From: a bacterium
GTDB taxonomy: Bacteria; Electryoneota; JAOADG01
Length of the DNA stretch: 64,000 nt
Direction: 5' to 3'
Assembly: GCA_963681965.1 (NCBI GenBank)
Contig: OY820579.1
Location: 2,176,001 to 2,240,000, forward strand
Within the stretch, counting starts at the first letter, position 1. Each line of letters begins with the position of its first letter. Below are positions 50,452 to 60,688 of this stretch, piece by piece. Both the position numbers and the translations under genes were made by a program. The notes beneath the pieces are model-generated. The model had not been told where the DNA came from and made no database searches. It saw only the letters and a list, made by a program, of their open reading frames with translations.

Positions 50452-52968
50452 ATGAAAAAAATTCTCAGTCTAATATTCTTGCTTTCGATCGTACTCGAAT
50501 CCGCAGCCGGCGATTTCCGATTGTTGAATGGAATGACCGGAACGTGGCAATCTGCGCCCGGTACCGGAATGGTCGGTGTTGTGGCATTGGTCGGTGCCGG
50601 TGTACGCAACGAAACGCCTGCAACGAATGGTCTATCGCATTATCTCGAACACATGTTGTTCAATGGGACCAGATCGCTTTCGCAGGAACAATTGTATGCC
50701 GCTTTCGATCGATTTGGAATCTATTCCAATGCCCAGACCGGAAAGAATTATATCGCGTTCATGATGGTCGGACGCTCGACCGATATCGATACAATTCTCG
50801 GTTTGTTGCGCGAACAATTGTTCTATTCCTCGCTACCGGAAGACAAATTCGCGAAGGAAAAGGGAATCGTTTTGCAAGAGATGTCGAAAGACGAATTGGA
50901 CGAGAATTATCGCTTTACCACACTATTCGACCTTTGGGATAAAGCCGAAACTCCCTATGCGTTACCGACGTTGGGTTCATCCATTTCGATCGAATCAATC
51001 CGTCGCGAGCAAGTGATCGAGTATTACAAAACCTGGTTCCATCCCAACAATGTCCGATTGATGGTTGCCGGCGATATCGAATACAACGATCTGGTAAAAT
51101 CGGTACGTAAGGAATTGGAGACGGTTGTCGCCGGCGACATGCCGAAACAAACAAAATGGAATCGTCTACCCATCGACCGCGACCAATTGGAAACCGTTCC
51201 CACCTCCGGACCGAGTAATCGATTCAAAGCCAGTATCGGTTTGCCATCATTGGATTCGACCGCGTTTCAGGCAGCGCTGGAATTGGCTACCAATCTTTTT
51301 GAAGCCGATCGGTATCTTGAGAATACCGGTTACTCCGATGTCTCGATTTCGATCTTTCGCGATCGCGATTTTACGCAATTGGAAATTGCCGGAAGCTGCG
51401 ATCAAACCGTCTCGATCGAGGGTTTGCGGTCGGCATTGAAAACTGCCGTAGGACAATGGCGAAAGAATGATCTTACCGCTACGGCATTGCGCAGCGAGCG
51501 AATGCAAGCGCGAATCGAAGCGGACAAATCCGGCGAACGCTTGCAATATTGGGGTCTGCTGCGTGCCCCGAAAGCCGCAGTGGCACCGGATCGAGTATGG
51601 GAAGAGATCGCGGCGAAGAAATCAGCACTCACAGTTCGCGAAGTCGGAAATGTACTGGAACAAGTCCTTTCGAAACCATATCGATTATTCGCCGAAGCAC
51701 CCATGTCGCACAACCTGGAAGGACGAATCGATTCGATTCGGATTGTCGATCGATCATTGGAAAATGGTGTTCGCATCGTTTCGCGACAAAGTTCCGGTTC
51801 GAAATTGGTCGGTGGTCATATTGCTTTCGCGAATCGGTCGTTACGCGAACCCGATAGTTTGCATGGCATTGCCGAATTGGCGCACCGTATGTTAAGCGAC
51901 GGTCCAGCGACTTTAACGTCGAATCAATGGCGCGATACCCTCGCTGCGATCGGATTGGATTTAAAATTTGCCGACGATCCCAATATCCCCTACGATGACT
52001 ATTACACTTCATCCGCGTTTAGTTTCATCCGGTTCGATGTCCCGTCGGAAAATTTCGAATTGGCTATGAAGCTGATTTATCAGACGGTAACTCACCCTCG
52101 ATGGGATTCGACTTCATTTGCCAACCAGAAATCGGCAGCACAACAACGTGCCGGTCGCGAAGCCGGAACGCCTCGTCGATTGGCGCAAACCGAGTTGGAC
52201 AAGCAACTTTATCCCGATCAACCATCGGTTTCACCCTATGGCATCCCGAAACAGGTTGCTGCGATCGGAATTCCTGAATTGCAACAATTTGCCGCATCGT
52301 ATTGGGTCGGTAATGCGACGATACTTACGCTCGATGGACCCATTGCACCCGACTCGCTCAATCGTATCGCCGAATCGGTCTGGAAGCAACTACCGCCGGG
52401 TAAAAAAGTATCGAAACCCGTCCGGAAACAACAAGCATTGACCGGAAACATCAATGTGAAAGCGGGAAAATCGCAATCTCAAGTACTGATCGGGAGTATG
52501 CGACAAAATCCACCCTCCGGATTGTCCGATGCCGCTTCAATAGCCATCGACATTTTTTCGACCCGCTTGCAACAAGATCTCCGCGAAACCCGGGGGTGGG
52601 CATATTCCGTTGGTGCTGGTTTCCGCTCGCTTTCCGACGCTTGGCTGGTCACGATGTCGATCGGCACAAAAAAGAATTTATTGGATAGTGCCGCAACAGC
52701 GATGCAGGAGGATTATCGGAAATTTCTTGCCGGAACGGTAGACTCCTCAGAGGTTTTGAGGACGAAAAGCGCAATAGCAGGACGTTTGAGAATGCGCGAA
52801 GCAAGCCGACAATACCGCGCTTACGCTTTAGGAATGGCGGCATTGCAGGATGCCGATCCCCGGAAGGCACTGCCCGGATACAATTCGATCGATAATGTGA
52901 CAGTCGACGAAATTCGGCGAAGCATTTCCGAATTGCCGAGAGAATGTATTATCATAGAGGTTGAATAA
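50452..52968 (+). CDS. Exported M16 (pitrilysin/insulinase) zinc peptidase, fused two-subunit type
   Basis: Signal peptide, GLSHYLEHMLFNGT (HXXEH), NAQT, KEKGIVLQE. The second half is degenerate (GIAELAHRML) and has LRETRGWAY. Confidence 0.92.
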   Translation: MKKILSLIFLLSIVLESAAGDFRLLNGMTGTWQSAPGTGMVGVVALVGAGVRNETPATNGLSHYLEHMLFNGTRSLSQEQLYAAFDRFGIYSNAQTGKNYIAFMMVGRSTDIDTILGLLREQLFYSSLPEDKFAKEKGIVLQEMSKDELDENYRFTTLFDLWDKAETPYALPTLGSSISIESIRREQVIEYYKTWFHPNNVRLMVAGDIEYNDLVKSVRKELETVVAGDMPKQTKWNRLPIDRDQLETVPTSGPSNRFKASIGLPSLDSTAFQAALELATNLFEADRYLENTGYSDVSISIFRDRDFTQLEIAGSCDQTVSIEGLRSALKTAVGQWRKNDLTATALRSERMQARIEADKSGERLQYWGLLRAPKAAVAPDRVWEEIAAKKSALTVREVGNVLEQVLSKPYRLFAEAPMSHNLEGRIDSIRIVDRSLENGVRIVSRQSSGSKLVGGHIAFANRSLREPDSLHGIAELAHRMLSDGPATLTSNQWRDTLAAIGLDLKFADDPNIPYDDYYTSSAFSFIRFDVPSENFELAMKLIYQTVTHPRWDSTSFANQKSAAQQRAGREAGTPRRLAQTELDKQLYPDQPSVSPYGIPKQVAAIGIPELQQFAASYWVGNATILTLDGPIAPDSLNRIAESVWKQLPPGKKVSKPVRKQQALTGNINVKAGKSQSQVLIGSMRQNPPSGLSDAASIAIDIFSTRLQQDLRETRGWAYSVGAGFRSLSDAWLVTMSIGTKKNLLDSAATAMQEDYRKFLAGTVDSSEVLRTKSAIAGRLRMREASRQYRAYALGMAALQDADPRKALPGYNSIDNVTVDEIRRSISELPRECIIIEVE

Positions 52969-52971
52969 ATT

Positions 52972-52999
52972 TTGACGGTTTACATTGATGATATAAAAT
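52972..52999 (+). promoter_or_regulatory. Putative sigma70 promoter
   Basis: TTGACG-16 nt-TAAAAT, followed by a GAGG RBS and ATG 53018. Confidence 0.5.
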
Positions 53000-53017
53000 T
53001 TGAACATTTGAGGGAAT

Positions 53018-54772
53018 ATGGCGCTCAATAAAGAAGAACAAGACCAAATTCGCGATCGAATTCGCCGCGATCTTGAAGCATCCCGGGAACGCGGGAAAAG
53101 TCCCTCGGATCCCCGGAAACTCGATCATTTCGAACACGACGAAACCCGATTGCAGCAAATCGAGCGGCTTCGTCGTGAAATCGAAGACGAATATTTTTCG
53201 CAACAACCCGATTATGTGCAATATGTCAACCGTTACGGCGTTACGAAGTGGGTATTGGAAGAGGAGCTTCACCAGAAGCGATTGAAGAGCCGGATGCGTC
53301 GCGCAAACCGTCGCAGACAACGTCTCGAAAAAGTACGCAACGGGTTGCTCTATTTGATGTTAGCGGTCGTTGCGCTCTCCGGATATCGCATTTATACGCA
53401 TCTGAACGTGCCACCGGTCGTCATGTTCAAAACGAATGTCGATGTACCCGGGATGGTCTTTGTAAACACCGAGTTATCGCCGATTCGTCCCAATAAGTAT
53501 GGTAAACTAGCGCCCGGAACCTATGCCGTCGGCATTGCCAGCCCGGGGTATCGAACAGCATTTCGCGAAGTCACGATCAAACAGACCGATACCACGATCG
53601 TCTCATTTGTTCTGGAAGTCGATTCCGCATTTCGCCCCGACAATATGGGACATTGGCGCCAAAAATTCCCACCGCCGCGACCCGACGAATCGGTCACTTT
53701 AACAGCATTGCGATCGTTAAGTACAAAACAGGAATCGTCATCAAAACCGCAAACGACGACATCAACTACGTCGCCGTTTGGTATTGCACCGCTAGCTGCA
53801 CCCAGTCCGATGTCGGGTGGCGTTTTTATTACCAGTAACCAATCGGATGCGACGATTTACATGAATGGATCGCCGACACCGTTACCGCAAAACACGATGT
53901 TGTCCGATTTACCATTGGGGCAACTAACTTTCGAAGTTAGAAAACCGGGCTATCGGTCCAATCCTGCCTATTTATCGACACGACGTACGAATCCTAGCGA
54001 ACGGGTATCGTTAGCGTTCGAATTGATTCCCGATCAGAAAGCGAAACTCACGATCCGGACTGAACCGATCATCGGCGAAATAAAATTCGACGGCATTGCA
54101 GTTGGTCGCGGAAGCGTCAATCAAGAACCATCGGCAGGATCGCATACAGTAACGTTTGGCGATGTCATTGGATTTGTTACCCCGTCCTCGCAAGTGATCG
54201 AAATTTCCGATCGCTCGAGCGAACAGGAAGTTGTGGGCCATTATCGCGCAACCGTCGATATCGATGTTAAAGTCGATGAAAGTGGTCGCATTAAAAACCG
54301 CGGAATTCTGAATATTCAAACGGGATACTGGACCAGTGAAAAGGGGATGACCCCGTCACAAGAGTACGGTCCTGAAATTGTAAAAGTGAAACCGTACGAT
54401 TTCTTTGCTTATCAGTTCGGACCCGGTCGACCGAATGCCAACCCGTCCGGATGCGATTATGTGGAAGTAACCTTCAACCTACCAACCGGTTTCGATGCCG
54501 ACCGCGCATTATCGTTGATTTTGGAAGGGTATGCGACAAACCGGAATTTTCAATTCAATCTTACCAAATTGACCGAAATTGCGATAATGGTCAATGGTCA
54601 AACGGTCCATGCTAACATCCGCCCGTCGGTGAATATCGACGAGACGCGAACTGTCGCACGCGACGCTTATCCGATCAGCCGGTTTTTAAAACCGGGTGCG
54701 AATAGCGTCGTAATTCGACTGACCGAAGACGCCAAATGTTATTATTTACTTCGCAGTATGAGGATTGAGTAA
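53018..54772 (+). CDS. Bitopic membrane protein with periplasmic PEGA-like domains
   Basis: Charged N-terminal domain, basic stretch and TM helix. PEGA-like repeats (LAPGTYAVGIASPGY; ITSNQSDATIYMNG...VRKPGY; IRTEP..GEI.FDG). C-terminal beta domain. Confidence 0.75.
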   Translation: MALNKEEQDQIRDRIRRDLEASRERGKSPSDPRKLDHFEHDETRLQQIERLRREIEDEYFSQQPDYVQYVNRYGVTKWVLEEELHQKRLKSRMRRANRRRQRLEKVRNGLLYLMLAVVALSGYRIYTHLNVPPVVMFKTNVDVPGMVFVNTELSPIRPNKYGKLAPGTYAVGIASPGYRTAFREVTIKQTDTTIVSFVLEVDSAFRPDNMGHWRQKFPPPRPDESVTLTALRSLSTKQESSSKPQTTTSTTSPFGIAPLAAPSPMSGGVFITSNQSDATIYMNGSPTPLPQNTMLSDLPLGQLTFEVRKPGYRSNPAYLSTRRTNPSERVSLAFELIPDQKAKLTIRTEPIIGEIKFDGIAVGRGSVNQEPSAGSHTVTFGDVIGFVTPSSQVIEISDRSSEQEVVGHYRATVDIDVKVDESGRIKNRGILNIQTGYWTSEKGMTPSQEYGPEIVKVKPYDFFAYQFGPGRPNANPSGCDYVEVTFNLPTGFDADRALSLILEGYATNRNFQFNLTKLTEIAIMVNGQTVHANIRPSVNIDETRTVARDAYPISRFLKPGANSVVIRLTEDAKCYYLLRSMRIE

Positions 54773-54775
54773 TTC

Positions 54776-55189
54776 ATGAATGAGAATCAAGTTCGACCGA
54801 ATACCGAACGACTGACACCGGAGGAAGTCGAGCGAATTAGGCGGGAACACCGCGGACTACTCGCTCGAAAAGATGAAGAAGCCCGGAATCGTCTTCGGCA
54901 AATCGAATTGGAAGCCGAACCGAATCAGCATTACGAAGAGTTGCGTCGCATTCGATTCGAAGAAGAAGAACGACTGTTTAAGGACGATCCACGATACATC
55001 TTGGTGACCGATAGCGAGGGGTTTCAGTCGTACGTATTAAAAGAACATGCCGAATCGCGCGTCCATCGGAAGCGAGTTCGGAAAAAGCATCGTCGCAATG
55101 TGAAATCGTTTATGCGCGATTACGGATCAATTGCACTGATCGTGATTGTCATGATTGGTCTGGCGTGGTACGCATTCCAATTACAATAG
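54776..55189 (+). CDS. Tail-anchored membrane protein, paralogous to the N-terminus of 53018..54772
   Basis: Shares L..EE...IR and E.E...F...P.Y.......G....VL.E motifs, an Arg/Lys tract and a C-terminal TM helix. Confidence 0.7.
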   Translation: MNENQVRPNTERLTPEEVERIRREHRGLLARKDEEARNRLRQIELEAEPNQHYEELRRIRFEEEERLFKDDPRYILVTDSEGFQSYVLKEHAESRVHRKRVRKKHRRNVKSFMRDYGSIALIVIVMIGLAWYAFQLQ

Positions 55190-55292
55190 TGGGAACTATC
55201 GCATCCGATCGCAAGTTATCGGTGTGAAAGGTAGTATCAACAATTCTGGTTTATCAAGAACTACGTAAACGATCAATACAGGAAGAAACAAC

Positions 55293-56357
55293 ATGGATGT
55301 CGTATTTGTCGTCAATCCCGGTTCAACATCCACCAAGATCGCTTTGGCGAACCGCGACGGAATTATTGCCGAAAAGGAAGTGAAGCACCTGCGCGAAGAA
55401 CTTGCCGCATTTCCGAATGTAGCCGATCAGCTCCCATTGCGGAAAATCGCAGTCGATCAAGCATTGGAAGAATGGGTCGAGACCGACCGGAAATTTGTCG
55501 CAATCGTCGGTCGTGGCGCACCACTCAAGCCGTTAAAAGGTGGCAGTTACTTGATCACGGCACAGATGCTGGAAGATCTCCGCACTGCGAAATACTCCAA
55601 TCACGCCTCGAATCTTGGAGCGATGTTGGCACATGAATTGGCGACTACTCGCGGCTTGCCATCGCTGATTGTCGATCCCGTAACCGTCGACGAATTTCCG
55701 CCCGAGTCGCGCCTTTCCGGCGATCCGGAAATTTCCCGCCAGTGCCGCTGGCATGCGTTGAACTTGCGCGCATGTGCCCGGTTGGCTGCCGCCGAATTGG
55801 GTAAACCACTTACCGAAACCAAATTTGTTGCCGTACATCTCGGTGGTGGTATCTCAATTGCCGCATTGGATGGCGGTCGTGTGGTCGATGTGAACGATGG
55901 GTTATTGGGAATGGGTCCGTTCTCACCGGAACGCGCCGGTGCATTGCCGATCGGTGGTGTCTTGAAGCAGGCATTTTCCGGAAAGTACACCCATCGCGAA
56001 TTGATCGACCGCTACAGCCGCGGAAGTGGATTTGCTGCGTATCTTGGTACTTCCGATTTCCGCGAAGTCGAGAAGCGAATGGATGCCGGTGACGAACAAG
56101 CTATCTTGGTTTATCGCGCATTCGTATTACAATTATCGAAAGAAATTGGCGCGATGGCTGCAGTACTGGGTGGTGTCGATGGCATTGTCCGGAGTGGTGG
56201 GTTGGCTCGGTCGAAGCGCTTGATGGACGATCTTACCGCGAAAACCGGATGGATTGCCCCGGCTTTCGATCATCCCGGTGAACATGAAATGTCGGCGTTG
56301 GCTGCCGGAGCGTTTCGCTATGTCGACGGTAAAGAAAACCCGATGGAGTATGTCTGA
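55293..56357 (+). CDS. buk: Butyrate kinase
   Basis: NPGSTSTK, HASNLG, VDPVTVDE, HALN, HLGGGIS, GPFSPERAG, PGEHEM.ALA. Confidence 0.95.
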   Translation: MDVVFVVNPGSTSTKIALANRDGIIAEKEVKHLREELAAFPNVADQLPLRKIAVDQALEEWVETDRKFVAIVGRGAPLKPLKGGSYLITAQMLEDLRTAKYSNHASNLGAMLAHELATTRGLPSLIVDPVTVDEFPPESRLSGDPEISRQCRWHALNLRACARLAAAELGKPLTETKFVAVHLGGGISIAALDGGRVVDVNDGLLGMGPFSPERAGALPIGGVLKQAFSGKYTHRELIDRYSRGSGFAAYLGTSDFREVEKRMDAGDEQAILVYRAFVLQLSKEIGAMAAVLGGVDGIVRSGGLARSKRLMDDLTAKTGWIAPAFDHPGEHEMSALAAGAFRYVDGKENPMEYV

Positions 56358-56359
56358 TA

Positions 56360-56863
56360 GTGATGAGTAGAACGATGAAGAGATTATGTTGCTCGATCGG
56401 CATCATCATCGTTTTTGCGCTTGCAATTTCTGGATGTCAACGCAATTCGATTTCGTCCCATGTCACTCCGATCGATGTGAACCGCGTGAAAGTTTTTTTC
56501 AGTATTCGAAAAGCGGTTTCGGTCGATTCGGTATTCGCATCGAACGATACTATACCGATCGGATACGAGTTGTATATCGAAGCACGCGACACCCTCACAT
56601 TGGTGTTGGCAGATCAATTGCCGGTCTCGGTCGACGGCGCGATTCGACCGGGTGAATCAAGTCAAACAGCAGCTTCGTTCAGTCGATCCGTAGCGAAATT
56701 GAATACTGCGATGAATTATGGAACCGATACCACTGTGAAATGGTTGGTCGCAAAATCGGATACCGGACGCGCGGAAATTACCGTTACGGTATTTTCGACC
56801 ACGGGTACATTACTGTCATATAAAACCCGAACTTTTTTCGTTGATCCTGCGCCACAGCAGTAA
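56360..56863 (+). CDS. Hypothetical lipoprotein
   Basis: Lipobox ISGC after a hydrophobic stretch; beta-rich mature region. Confidence 0.65.
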   Translation: MMSRTMKRLCCSIGIIIVFALAISGCQRNSISSHVTPIDVNRVKVFFSIRKAVSVDSVFASNDTIPIGYELYIEARDTLTLVLADQLPVSVDGAIRPGESSQTAASFSRSVAKLNTAMNYGTDTTVKWLVAKSDTGRAEITVTVFSTTGTLLSYKTRTFFVDPAPQQ

Positions 56864-56875
56864 GTGCTATTGCGA

Positions 56876-56906
56876 AAGGGCAGTTTCGGCTGCCTTTTCT
56901 TCTTTC
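56876..56906 (+). terminator. Rho-independent terminator
   Basis: ggcagt-ttcg-gctgcc (UUCG loop) followed by ttttcttcttt. Confidence 0.7.
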
Positions 56907-56944
56907 ATTCGATCTTCTTTTCAATTCGGGATCTTCACACAATT

Positions 56945-59164
56945 ATGGTAGAACAAACCGTAACGAGTCAAATTGCCAAAGAACACGGTCTGCTGCCGGC
57001 TGAGTACGAGCAGATCTGTGCGATTCTGGGACGCACGCCGACTTGGACCGAAATTGGTATCTATTCGGTAATGTGGTCGGAACACTGCTCCTACAAAAAT
57101 TCCATCTTGGAATTGAAGAAACTGCCCCGAAGCGGGGGGCGCCTGTTAGTCGAAGCCGGTGCGGAAAATGCCGGGTTAGTCGATCTCGGTGATGGTCTCG
57201 CGGTCGCATTTAAAATCGAATCGCACAATCACCCCTCGGCAGTCGAACCGCATCAAGGCGCTGCAACCGGCGTCGGTGGCATTCTGCGCGACATCTTTAC
57301 CATGGGTGGTCGTCCGCTGGCGAATCTGGTGTCGTTGCGCTTCGGCGAATTGACCGATCCTCACAATCGCTACTTGGTCGACGGTGTGGTTCGCGGCATC
57401 GGCGATTACGGCAATTGCATGGGTATTCCCACGATTGCCGGCGAAACTACTTTCGATCCTTCGTATCGTACCAATCCGCTGGTCAACGCGATGACCGTTG
57501 GTGTTGTAGAAGTCTCGAAGACCATTTCGGCAACCGCGAGCGGTGTTGGTAATCCCGTCTACTACATCGGCAACAAAACCGGTCGAGACGGCATCCACGG
57601 TGCCACCTTCGCATCGGATGAATTGTCCGAAGATTCCACGTCCCGCCGTCCGAATGTGCAAGTCGGCGATCCGTTTACCGAAAAATTACTGCTCGAAGCG
57701 ACCCTCGAATTATCCGAAAAGAAATTGCTGGTTGGCTTGCAGGATATGGGCGCCGCAGGTCTTTCCTGTTCTACTTCGGAGATGAGCGCTCGCGGTAATG
57801 TCGGAATGGATATCGACGTCGCGCTCGTGCCTCAACGCGAACGCGGCATGACGCCCTACGAAATCATGCTGTCGGAATCGCAAGAACGCATGCTTGCCGT
57901 CTGTACTCTCGAACAAGCACCGGGATTTGAAGCGGTCTGTGCGAAGTGGGGTATCGAAGCCGTTGCCATCGGCAAAGTCATTGCCGAGGAGCGGGTCATT
58001 GTTCGCAGTAACGGGAAAATCGTTGCCGATATTCCTGCTCAGACGTTGGTTCTTGGTGGCGATGCGCCGCAATATACCCGCGAGATTGCGGTGCCATCCG
58101 ATCTCGCTGAAAAACTGGATTACGATCCATTAAATGATTCTTACCCGCCACCGGAAAAATGCTTCGATCTGCTCTGGAATGATCCATCTCTGGTTTCGAA
58201 ATTGTGGGTGTATCGCCAATTCGATCACACCGTCATGGGTGCGACCGTAAAATCGCCGGGTGAAGCGGATGCTGCCGTGATCTGGGTTCCCGGAACGCGG
58301 AAGGGTTTAGCTTCGAAGACCGATTCCAACCCTTACTGGGTCACACTCGATCCTTTCTGGGGCGCTGCTCATGCCGTTGCTGAAGGGGCGCTGAATGTCG
58401 CCTGCGTCGGTGCCGAACCAGTCGCCATCACCAATTGTCTCAATTTCGGCAATCCTTACAAACCGGAAGCCTACTACTATTTCAAAGAAGCTTGTGCCGG
58501 AATGGGTGAAGCTTGCAAGCAATTCAATACTCCCGTGTCGGGTGGCAATGTCAGTTTTTACAATGAATCGGCTGAAGTTGCCGTGATGCCTACGCCTACA
58601 ATCGGTATGCTCGGAATCTTGGATGAAGTGACGCACAATGTTGGTGCCGGTGCGATTGATGGCAGCATACTCTGTCTTGTCGGCGATACCGGTGCGATCG
58701 AACTGGGTGGCAGTGCACTGGTTCGAGCAGTACACGGAAAGAATGCCGGAAAAATCCCGGAACTCAACTTTCAACGACACCGATCCTTACTAAAGTTCCT
58801 CTGCGAGTATATTGCATCGCAAAAGATCCTCGCCGCGCACGACTGTTCCGATGGTGGATTGGCATTCTGTCTAGCGGAAATGGCAACCATCGGCGATTGT
58901 GGTCTCACTGCGACTTCTCCGAATGACCGGAATCACTTATCGTGGTTTTCGGAATCGGCGTCGCGGGCTGCAATTTGCGTTTCTAAGCGCGATATTGAAA
59001 CTCTAAGGGAATCGGCTGAAAACTTAAATCTCTCTTTTCATATTCTCGGCTCATGCGGTGGCAATCGCCTTACTCTTGGCTCTTGGCTTGATCTTCCGGT
59101 TGCCGATCTGCGAAAACGGTATTATCATCGCTTGTTCCAGGCGATGGGGGAGGAAGTAGCATGA
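56945..59164 (+). CDS. purL: Phosphoribosylformylglycinamidine synthase subunit PurL (small form)
   Basis: MWSEHCSYK, KIESHNHPS, ATGVGGILRD, GRDGIHGA, QDMGAAG, SESQERM, NCLNFGNP, GGNVSFYN, HDCSDGG. Confidence 0.98.
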   Translation: MVEQTVTSQIAKEHGLLPAEYEQICAILGRTPTWTEIGIYSVMWSEHCSYKNSILELKKLPRSGGRLLVEAGAENAGLVDLGDGLAVAFKIESHNHPSAVEPHQGAATGVGGILRDIFTMGGRPLANLVSLRFGELTDPHNRYLVDGVVRGIGDYGNCMGIPTIAGETTFDPSYRTNPLVNAMTVGVVEVSKTISATASGVGNPVYYIGNKTGRDGIHGATFASDELSEDSTSRRPNVQVGDPFTEKLLLEATLELSEKKLLVGLQDMGAAGLSCSTSEMSARGNVGMDIDVALVPQRERGMTPYEIMLSESQERMLAVCTLEQAPGFEAVCAKWGIEAVAIGKVIAEERVIVRSNGKIVADIPAQTLVLGGDAPQYTREIAVPSDLAEKLDYDPLNDSYPPPEKCFDLLWNDPSLVSKLWVYRQFDHTVMGATVKSPGEADAAVIWVPGTRKGLASKTDSNPYWVTLDPFWGAAHAVAEGALNVACVGAEPVAITNCLNFGNPYKPEAYYYFKEACAGMGEACKQFNTPVSGGNVSFYNESAEVAVMPTPTIGMLGILDEVTHNVGAGAIDGSILCLVGDTGAIELGGSALVRAVHGKNAGKIPELNFQRHRSLLKFLCEYIASQKILAAHDCSDGGLAFCLAEMATIGDCGLTATSPNDRNHLSWFSESASRAAICVSKRDIETLRESAENLNLSFHILGSCGGNRLTLGSWLDLPVADLRKRYYHRLFQAMGEEVA

Positions 59165-60318
59165 AACGTTTGTTAATTCTGTTGTTATGTGGTCTTAGTG
59201 TAGCTGCGTGGGCACAAATCACCATCACACGTGCCCAATATCCGGATTCTGTTGGGTACAACAATCCCGTTCTGACCAGTATCGATGTTCCGGTAAATCT
59301 CGGTCACACCGGCAGTGGCAATCGGTGGAATTTCTCGGCAGTAGTACCCGATGCATCGCCGTCGACGGTACCGTATGTATCGCCGGATTCGACCCCCTAC
59401 CTGCGTACTTACAACTGGGGAACAACTTCGGCACCGAAGTTCGCCTCGATCGCGCAACCCGGTATCCCATTTGTCGGCAGTATGGGTGGAATCGGTGGTA
59501 TCTATAGTTACTACCGATACAATGGAACAACCGCGCTTGAGTTCCTAGGAATGTCGATTTCCGAATCGGCACCGATTCCCGATCAAGCGGTGAAGAATAC
59601 TGTCACTACCCGGGTAATGGCGTTTCCACTCACCAATGCACAGACGTGGACCGATTCGGTGAAGATGATGATTCACATCGCCGATACGACGATTTTTACG
59701 ATCACCGTTCCAATTTACGCTCGGGTGTTGATTCGCTTGCAAAACTCTGTCGATGCCTATGGTACTTTGCTATATCCGGGCGATTCGGCACAAGCTCTTC
59801 GCCGCGTTACGGTTTCGAGTGGTCGCGTGGATGCCGGATTCACCTTGATGAGTCAGTGGATATCGATTCCCAATTACGGCACAAACATTCCAGCGCAAAC
59901 CACTGTCATGTTTATGGCGCAAAATCTGGGTGCACTGGTTACCGCGACGAGTGACACTGCCGTGTCCACCCCGGACTTTACGACTGCGTTAACTCTGATT
60001 CAATCGTCTCGACATTATGTCAATGCGGTACGCGAATCGCCGGTACGCATGGCGTTGCCGAATTCGCTGGAATTGGCTGCCTATCCCAATCCGTTCAATC
60101 CTTCAACCAATTTGACGTTCGGCAGCAATGGCTCAGGCATGGCTCGATTGGAAATGTTCGACGCCATTGGTCGGCAGGTTGGTGTGCTGTATAACGGTCC
60201 GGTGCGGGCTGGCAGCAAGTATTCGACGAATTGGAGTGGCAATACCGCCGGTACATATTTTGTTCGATTGACCGTGAATGGTCGGGCTACGACGACGAAA
60301 ATGACGCGATTACCTTAA
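59161..60318 (+). CDS. Secreted T9SS-cargo protein; function unknown
   Basis: Signal peptide ..AAWA-Q; [10 protein letters not shown]...GTYFVRL...KMTRLP. ATGA overlap with purL. Confidence 0.85.
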   Translation: MKRLLILLLCGLSVAAWAQITITRAQYPDSVGYNNPVLTSIDVPVNLGHTGSGNRWNFSAVVPDASPSTVPYVSPDSTPYLRTYNWGTTSAPKFASIAQPGIPFVGSMGGIGGIYSYYRYNGTTALEFLGMSISESAPIPDQAVKNTVTTRVMAFPLTNAQTWTDSVKMMIHIADTTIFTITVPIYARVLIRLQNSVDAYGTLLYPGDSAQALRRVTVSSGRVDAGFTLMSQWISIPNYGTNIPAQTTVMFMAQNLGALVTATSDTAVSTPDFTTALTLIQSSRHYVNAVRESPVRMALPNSLELAAYPNPFNPSTNLTFGSNGSGMARLEMFDAIGRQVGVLYNGPVRAGSKYSTNWSGNTAGTYFVRLTVNGRATTTKMTRLP

Positions 60319-60355
60319 CCGGAATTTTTTCATTATCTTTACCGGTTGCGTTGAT

Positions 60356-60429
<74 letters not shown>

Positions 60430-60484
60430 CTGTCTACGTTGAGACTCCGTAACCCGTCGGCGTTTCTTCGTATTTTATCTTGAT

Positions 60485-60512
60485 GGGCGGGACATTGTTG
60501 TCCCGCTTTTTT
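60485..60512 (+). terminator. Terminator after the tRNA
   Basis: gcgggaca-ttgt-tgtcccgc followed by tttttt. Confidence 0.75.
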
Positions 60513-60538
60513 CATTCCATGGTTCGATAAAAATTGTT

Positions 60539-60641
60539 TCTCAAGAGTAAGTTGTTATCGGAAGTAGGGGCAGACCCCCGTGTCCGCCCGTTACGTCAAG
60601 CAAAGCCTGACACCAATTTATGACAACTGATACTCAAGAGA
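60539..60641 (+). mobile_element. MITE-like element copy 4, one GTAG REP hairpin
   Basis: tctcaagagtaagttgttat ... atgacaactgatactcaagaga shell. gtaggggcagacccccgtgtccgccc at 60564 differs by 1 nt from 481. The internal gcaaagcc..cac motif is shared with copies 1 and 2. Confidence 0.6.
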
Positions 60642-60688
60642 TTTGATCGACTGGATCAATTCAAATTAATCTTTCGTGAGGTTGTGTT

